Positions 55,444 through 64,000 of a stretch of 64,000 nt of DNA are shown here, piece by piece. A model generated the notes under the pieces. That model made no database searches. It saw only the letters and a list, made by a program, of their open reading frames with translations, and had not been told where the DNA came from. This stretch comes from the human T2T-CHM13v2.0 reference genome, Homo sapiens, in assembly GCF_009914755.1 (NCBI RefSeq), contig NC_060929.1. One strand, written 5' to 3'. The position numbers were made by a program, and so were the translations under genes. Positions within the stretch are counted from its first letter, which is position 1. The number at the start of each line of letters is the position of its first letter.

Positions 55444-56465
55444 TTAACATTTATCATTTTTGTTATTAAATGAAAATTTCCACATGCTGAATAAAAATGC
55501 TTGTGGTTTGATTTTTGAAACAAAGTTCTTGTACTTATCAGTTATATAAACAAAGGAATTACCTATTTTAATTAAGCTTCTTTAAGTTGGGATACTGTCA
55601 CTTCCAACCAGATAGCACTGAATAGTATCTATACTAGTACTAGGTATAGGGTACTATGATTGGCACAGCCTAGATCACTTGCCTACCTAGAGTGAGAGAG
55701 AGATAGTGCTGAGGGACATCTTGGGTGCAGGAAAGGCATTACCCCAAAGAATAGGGCCATTCCTAGTAAAAGACAACAAAAGAAATGCAAGGAGACAAAA
55801 ACACCCATTAACTAATCTAATGTCAACTACTATCCTGAAAATCTCTCTCCCTAATTGTCCCTGTTTTCTGTGGGTTACAATAGCCACATTAATCACAAAG
55901 TATTAGTCCCATCACTATGACAACTACTGAAAATCTCATGAACAGAATGATTTACAATTAGAAAAGAAATAAAAAGATTATTAGAGGAGGCTTCTCATGA
56001 TGAAGTGATATTTAATCTGAATTTTGAGGAAAAAACACGTAATAAGACAAATTTAAGAGTTTAGGGTTAAAGTTATCCTAAATGTAAAGTCCCTTTAACT
56101 CTAAAGAATTTAGAAAATTCTGCTCTAATTCACATGTAGAAAGAAGCAAGAGACAGCTGCTCTCACCCTAACAATAAAAAGGCTGGAAAAGCTACAGAAT
56201 AATAATTTTTTAGAGCCCATCAGAAAAGGAGACAAAGAAAGCCATGTGAATAAAATACCAGAGAGTAACATATCCTTTTCAAGAGAGAAGAGACACAACA
56301 CTGCTCTCATACCTGGCAGAACTTCAGGAGGGAGAGGAATATACCTGAAACATAGTCACCAAAATTTGAATGACCTTTAAATAGCTTCATGTGGGAAGCA
56401 TGATAGATCACAATCTGAAGGAGCTCCAGTCACAGAGCAGGACTCCAAGCACACAGTGTTGTTTA

Positions 56466-56843
<378 letters not shown>

Positions 56844-56946
56844 TTATATGACATTATATATTTTCTTTGTATTAGGTAGTACTATATAATATTTATATTT
56901 ATTATAAAGTATAATATATGCACACGTAAGTACATAACACATATAA

Positions 56947-57795
<849 letters not shown>

Positions 57796-58488
57796 GGTAG
57801 ATGATGCCCAGAGAAGGAGCCATCAATTCCTACCTTGTCTGGACAAGCAGGCTACTTCTCACATCAAAAGGGGATAATTACATCGTAATTGAACTTAGGC
57901 TTAGGCTGACTTTAGTGATTTGTTTAACGAACATAATATAACGGACACAACATTCTGGGACCTCAGAGGCTACTTGATCATAAACCTTGCAGCTTCTGCC
58001 TGAGATTCTTAGAATGCTTGCTTTTTGGATGCTCTCTTTTAGAAACCAAGCACCAGGTAGCGAGAACCCAAGGTCCTTCCCTGTATAATAAGGAAAAGGA
58101 GAGGGAGGGGACAGAAATTATATGAAGAGATCCCTCCCCATGGACAGAAACATCTGGAATAGGAGAGACATATTTCTTCACAGAATTCCATAAGTTTGGT
58201 GTTTTTGTTTTTTGCTTAACACATTGAACTTACCTATGAAGTACAGGGTCAGTTTGGAGTGACAGAAAGGAAGTGGGTAGCAATCACAGTAGGGTGAAGA
58301 TAGGGGAATATTGGACTAGCCCTGCATGAGGTTACTTCCACAATGCCACTCTCCTTTGGGTATTCTCCTGCCACCATTGGGGAGAAATATTTATTTCCCT
58401 CCCCCCAGAATGCTCTAAAGTGAATTTGATTAATAAAATAATTAAGAAAACTTCAATTTCTTTCCACACCCAAAGCTGAAAATCCATT

Positions 58489-58653
58489 CACTATTCTATT
58501 TCCCACCCTAAATAATATCTAGGCACATATTATTCTATTTCTCACCCTATTTCCCACTATTCCATTTCCCACTATTCTATTTCCCACCCTAAATAATATC
58601 TAGGCACCCTAAATAATATCTAGGCACATATTATGTCATGTCTGACATAATAT
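58489..58653. repeat. Complex local duplication cluster ending in an 11-bp hairpin
   Basis: CACCCTAAATAATATCTAGGCAC occurs three times, with repeated CTATT(C)TATTTCCCAC pieces and ATATTATGTCA-tgtc-TGACATAATAT. Confidence 0.85.
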
Positions 58654-59774
58654 ATAAGAAGTTCATCAATGAGATTGAGTAACAAATATTCAATATTCAA
58701 TAAAGCATTCAACAAAAATGCAATAAGAAACTTCAATAATAAAATGTCAGCAATGCAGAAATGACACAAATTTTAAAATAAACATCCTCTATTATTCTAT
58801 TAAAATTGAAAGACATTACATTCCAAATGTATTGAAGTCCAAATTGAAGTTATTTTGCCCTGATGAATAAATCCTTTGTAAATTAAAGTCCAAAGGCATT
58901 AAAATTAAAAATCAATTCTCCTGACCTAGTGACTTAATAGTCCAAAGTCTGAAATTCAAAATTCATCATCCTTCCTAATTTAATTTCCTTCAGGTTAAGT
59001 TCTTAATGCCTCAGTAAAGCTGTGGTTCCTTCAGCAGCCTTCTTAGGTTGCTTCTTCTTAGAATGGATGTAGTTCCTTCTGAACATCAAAAGAGGTATGA
59101 GTTCAGTGTTAGCTCTCTGCATGAATCCATTTCCTAAGATCTTGAACATTTATTATGATACACAAGTTTATTATAGCCCTGGCTTCACAACCACCAATTT
59201 GATAAAACAAGATAATCCCCAGTCTCTAGAACAGTTACTACAGGCAAAAGTATATACTTAAAGCCCAGTTCTAAGAGTTGCTAAAGGCAATATGGCAAAC
59301 ATTCACTGATGTCTGAAGGAAACAAAGTAGACAAACTATTGGTTCAGCATCACCATGTGCAATCAGTTGATGCCTGTTGTTCAGAATCCACAAGTTGCAA
59401 ACTTGAAATCAATGGCACTATTCATTCACCATTACTGTGGACAATCTTTCTAAGCTCACTGTGTCATTTCTCAGAGTGGTATTTGAGATACTGCTGCCTT
59501 CTTACAAAGCTTAGAAATTTGAAATGGTGGCAGCCCAGTCAGCAAGTATTATTTGAGGTGCTCATCTTTCCCAGCCAATGTATCTAACTACTTAGTCTTT
59601 CTTGTTCTTTTCTCTGGGATCCTGGAATTTCCATGCTGCCTGCAGGTGAGTGGTGCCTTGTAATATGGCCTCCACCGTGTCTGTGAGAAAGCTGCTACCT
59701 CTGCTTCTTGCATTATAATTGCTTAGGGAAGAATTTCACCTTCATATTTAATATATTTAGTCAGAAAAGAACAC

Positions 59775-60205
59775 TTAACTGGATATCCACTTGCAGAAGA
59801 ATGAAGTTGGACGCCCTACCTCACATCATATACAAAAGTTAACTCAAAATGGATCAAAGATTTCAATGTAAGAGTTGAAACTATATGCTAAATGAAAGAA
59901 CCTAAACACAGAAAGCCACTTATCATATGATTCCATCAATGGAATCATTCTGTACATTTATATGAAATGTCCAGAATAGACAAATCCAAAAGGACAGAAA
60001 ATAGAGTAGTGGTTACTAAGATATGTGGGAAGAAGGGAATGAGGAGTGAGTGCTAATGCATACGGGATCTTTTAGGAGTGATAAAAATGTTCTGGAACTC
60101 AATAGTGGTGATGGTTGCATAATCTTGTGGCTATATTAAAATCCACTGGATTCTCCACTTTAAAAGGTAAATTTTAATGTTTAGGAATTCTATCTCATTT
60201 TTACA
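59775..60205 (+). mobile_element. L1MB-type fragment (ORF2 piece joined to 3' UTR)
   Basis: CATATACAAAAGTTAACTCAAAATGGATCAAAGA, then ATGAAATGTCCAGAATAGACAAATCC...GATAAAAATGTTCTGGAACT...GGTGATGGTTGCA. Confidence 0.8.
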
Positions 60206-60374
60206 AGAAACAAGGAAAACACACAGCATACTTTTGAACCAAAGCTGCGGTTGGTACTTCAGAATCTTGTGCCCCTAGGGCCCAATGAGGACCAATACCA
60301 TTCCATATCCTCAAGATGCTGTCTTTCCTCCTCCCACAAATAATTCATGTTATCTGGCATGTTCTCTTAGAACC

Positions 60375-60850
60375 AGTTCTATCTGATTTTGCAATAATCA
60401 TTTCAAACAGCAACTATTTAGGTAACAAGATTCTTCAGGTTGCCAAGTTGAACTAGGCTCAGCTGGGCCGTTTTCTGGTCTTGGGTGGGTATACGTGTCT
60501 GTATTCGGCTTCTGGTCAATGAGGGGTTACCTAGTCTAGGACAGCTTTAGCTGAGTGGATCATCTTTGCTCTACATAGTTGCTCATTTTCCAGCTGGGCT
60601 AGCATTGTTGTCATGGGGCAAAGCAGAGTTCCAAGAAAGAAAAAGGAAGTATTCTTAGAGGAAGGGACATGTCATTACTTGCATTACATTCTATCAGCCA
60701 AAGCAAGTCATGAAGCCAGGCAAGATTCAAGAGAAGCAACATATGTTTATTTGCTTGATAAGAGAAGCTGCGAAGTCACATTCTAAAGGGTATGAATTTA
60801 GGAAAGGGTATGAATTTAGGGTATTGGGCATTTTTGTAATATACCACTTC
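60375..60850 (-). mobile_element. Old MaLR LTR (MLT1-type)
   Basis: GGCTCAGCTGGGCCGTTTTCT...ACATTCTATCAGCCAAAGCAAGTCATGAAGCCAGGCAAGATTCAAG. Includes an 18-bp tandem duplication (AAAGGGTATGAATTTAGG x2) at about 60785-60820. Confidence 0.6.
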
Positions 60851-61084
60851 CTAGAGCAGAAGTTCCAAGACAACATCTAGGCAGTGGGTTTAGAGAACAA
60901 CCAGCACACATCAGAGAGGTGGGATGGAAGGTTCCAGAAAGGAAATTTCTAAGAGAAAAAAAAAGGAACCAAACGAAATGAATAGACAACCAGATGTGTT
61001 AGACCAGACTGAAAGGTGTTTTAGCATTCTGTCAGAAACTACTAATATAGATTGCAGGATCACAGAAAACAATCTCCTTAGGTG

Positions 61085-61766
<682 letters not shown>

Positions 61767-63784
61767 AGGTGTCAAGTGGGTAATATAATTATGTGAAGTG
61801 GCCAAAGGTAAGTCATCAAGGAATGAACTGGAGAGTACATGCCCAACTTAAAACATTCAAATTATTAACTTCAGAAAAAATAAAAAGGATTTCAAATATG
61901 CTTAATATAGTATATTACAGACTTCATGGTATGTGTGGTTATATTTACATAATCACCTACTTATGTATTTACATGGTCATAATAAAGCAAATTCCAAATA
62001 TTAATTTAACAACTAAAAATGTGATGTAACTACAGTGGGAAAATAAAGTAGGGAGAGGTGTATGTGTTTGAATCAGGAAAAACAGAGTAAGAGTGGAGAA
62101 TAAAAACCCAAAGATCAATAGAAAACTTAAAACATCTCAAGTATGAGTATTGCTGGTACGAACTAAGACAAGTCTTTGATTTACTGAGAAAGTCCAAAGA
62201 TGCAAGCCAAAACACAGAGATGTAAAGTTAGGCGATTATGTTAGGTTGTCCTATGTGTTATATTAGTATCTGTATTTGTCTAAAAATAAGTTTATTTGAA
62301 AAAATCTGGGCACAGTAGAGCAAAAGATAATTTAAACCATGTGCTAATTATACCTAAATACATGTAGAGGAAGCAGTTTTTAAATTTCCAATTGCAAGTT
62401 ATCAACCTTCTTGGCTGTCCTTAAAAAAGTAGTTAATGTAGCTGCAGAATGATAATAAATGATTTTGAAACCTCAGTTTACTGGGAAGATTTCCAAAATT
62501 CATCAGTATTTACTCGAAATGACTCTACCCATGAGCAGGGTTAAAAGTCAATACCTTTAATGACTTTAAGACACCCTTCTCCTCCTTTAAGATAAATTTA
62601 CTAATTTTGTCTTAAGTAAAGTCTGCTATTTTAAGGACAACCTTAAACTTCATATTGAGAAAATTAGTATATGGAAATTCATACAAAATCTACAATAGAA
62701 GAACATGAAGGCAAAAACATTCTGGAATGATGAAATAATCTTTTCATCCCCTGGTTTGGGTACAGGTACTTATTTTTAGCTCAGAGGCTTTATAATTTTT
62801 ATAAAATAAGATTACCTATAAATCTTCCTTGTCAGAAAACCAACAGTAATTGACAGTGTTTTTTGGATTTTGGCTTCCTTGAAGCAATTCTCTTTCATTT
62901 TCTGTATTTTGAAAACCACATACCAAAGCCAATTAGATTGACGTATTGGCTAGTGGGCATGGGTAACTACAGAACGAGGAACTGGCCAGAGCCATTGCTC
63001 CCACAGGCACACTCATGAGGCATACCTGAATCTCATTCAAGCTTTCACTGTGTAATGCCCTCATTTTAAGCAGAGCCTGTGGGTAATAAACAAAATACAT
63101 CTCAGTGGTAAAACCACTCTATCCGGTTGAGCAGACCACATCTTCAGAACCACAGGGAAACCAAGCATCATTTTGTGATATTTTTAAAGGCCAACGACAA
63201 GGAATCAGACCAATCTGTAATTTCTGGCCTTCGTGTCTTATCTCTTACTTCGAAATCATAGACGGACATGGGGTGGAGAGAAAAATAGGGGATTATGATC
63301 AGACATTTTAATAATTTTAAATTACTTTGTTATGGACATATTCCATAGAAACAGAATGACTATCCGTTTAAAGATTAAAGACAAGGTTTTACTTTTTTAA
63401 TTGAATTGAGTAGATACCTATTGGGTATCTACTTTGTAAAGAATCCTGGGCTAGGCAGCATAGGGTTTGTTAAGATGAGTAGTTTACAGTTCCAGGCCTA
63501 AAGATTTTACAGTTTAGTCATGAAATCAGGTATTTAACCAGGGTGGGCAAACTCACAATCGCTAGGTAAATCTGGTCCACAGCCTTGTTTTAGTTGTTTG
63601 TTTTGCTGAGTTTCTAATTTGAACGTTCTAAGCTGTGCATGAACTCTCCAGCTCATTTTCTGCTGACTTACATTCAGCCACTCTACACAATTACATTATC
63701 CACTGGGCCCCTGACGGAACTGAATTTACGATGTTGATATAAACACCAAATGTACTCCATAAGCAAATGAAATAAATTGGGAGA

Positions 63785-64000
63785 CAGTGTGTTAGAGGAG
63801 AACACATATTTTTGATCTGAAAGAGACTCACTTACGAATCCTGATTCTGCCACTTAATATCTATGTGATCTTAAGCAAGTTATACTTCTTTGAGCCTTAG
63901 TTTTCTTTTCTAAAAATGAAGCTAGTGGTGAACTGACTTCACATTATAGTGGTGAAGACTAGACAAGATAATATTTCTGATTAGCACAGGATCTGCCACG
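63785..64000 (+). mobile_element. MIR SINE
   Basis: GAATCCTGATTCTGCCACTTAATATCTATGTGATCTTAAGCAAGTTA...GAGCCTTAGTTTTC. Confidence 0.7.

Noticed and set aside
58975-59651. Plus-strand splice-like signals (TTTCCTTCAG near 58993, CAG|GTGAGT near 59645)
   Set aside because: No consistent open frame or convincing exon pairing; isolated sites like these are common.

Overview
Primate (human-like, hominoid/catarrhine) nuclear DNA, AT-rich and repeat-dense, probably intergenic or deep intronic. I recognise no protein-coding gene, RNA gene or CRISPR array. Nearly all listed ORFs are chance frames or fragments of Alu, LTR, Tigger or HERV sequence. The main feature is a 5.7 kb two-LTR HERV-H provirus (14329-20051, ACGGG target-site duplication, tRNA-His primer site, decayed and deleted gag-pro-pol, env remnant). 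It sits inside an old L1MC 3' end. Other elements: a near full-length Tigger1 (41282-43682), a two-LTR internally deleted MST element inside an L2, a 5'-truncated L1PA inside an ERV1 LTR, about 15 Alu dimers plus FAM and FRAM monomers, and many MaLR/ERV solo LTRs with readable TSDs. The most interesting observations are: an extra 51-bp enhancer-region repeat found only in the HERV-H 5' LTR; a deletion cutting through the primer site; a candidate 172-nt minus-strand exon with a Kozak ATG in unique DNA; an apparent templated insertion copied into an Alu from 1.5 kb away; and several perfect inverted-repeat scars that suggest template switching. Subfamily names come from recalled consensus sequences and need RepeatMasker/Dfam confirmation. 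I cannot support a claim of a new biological system.
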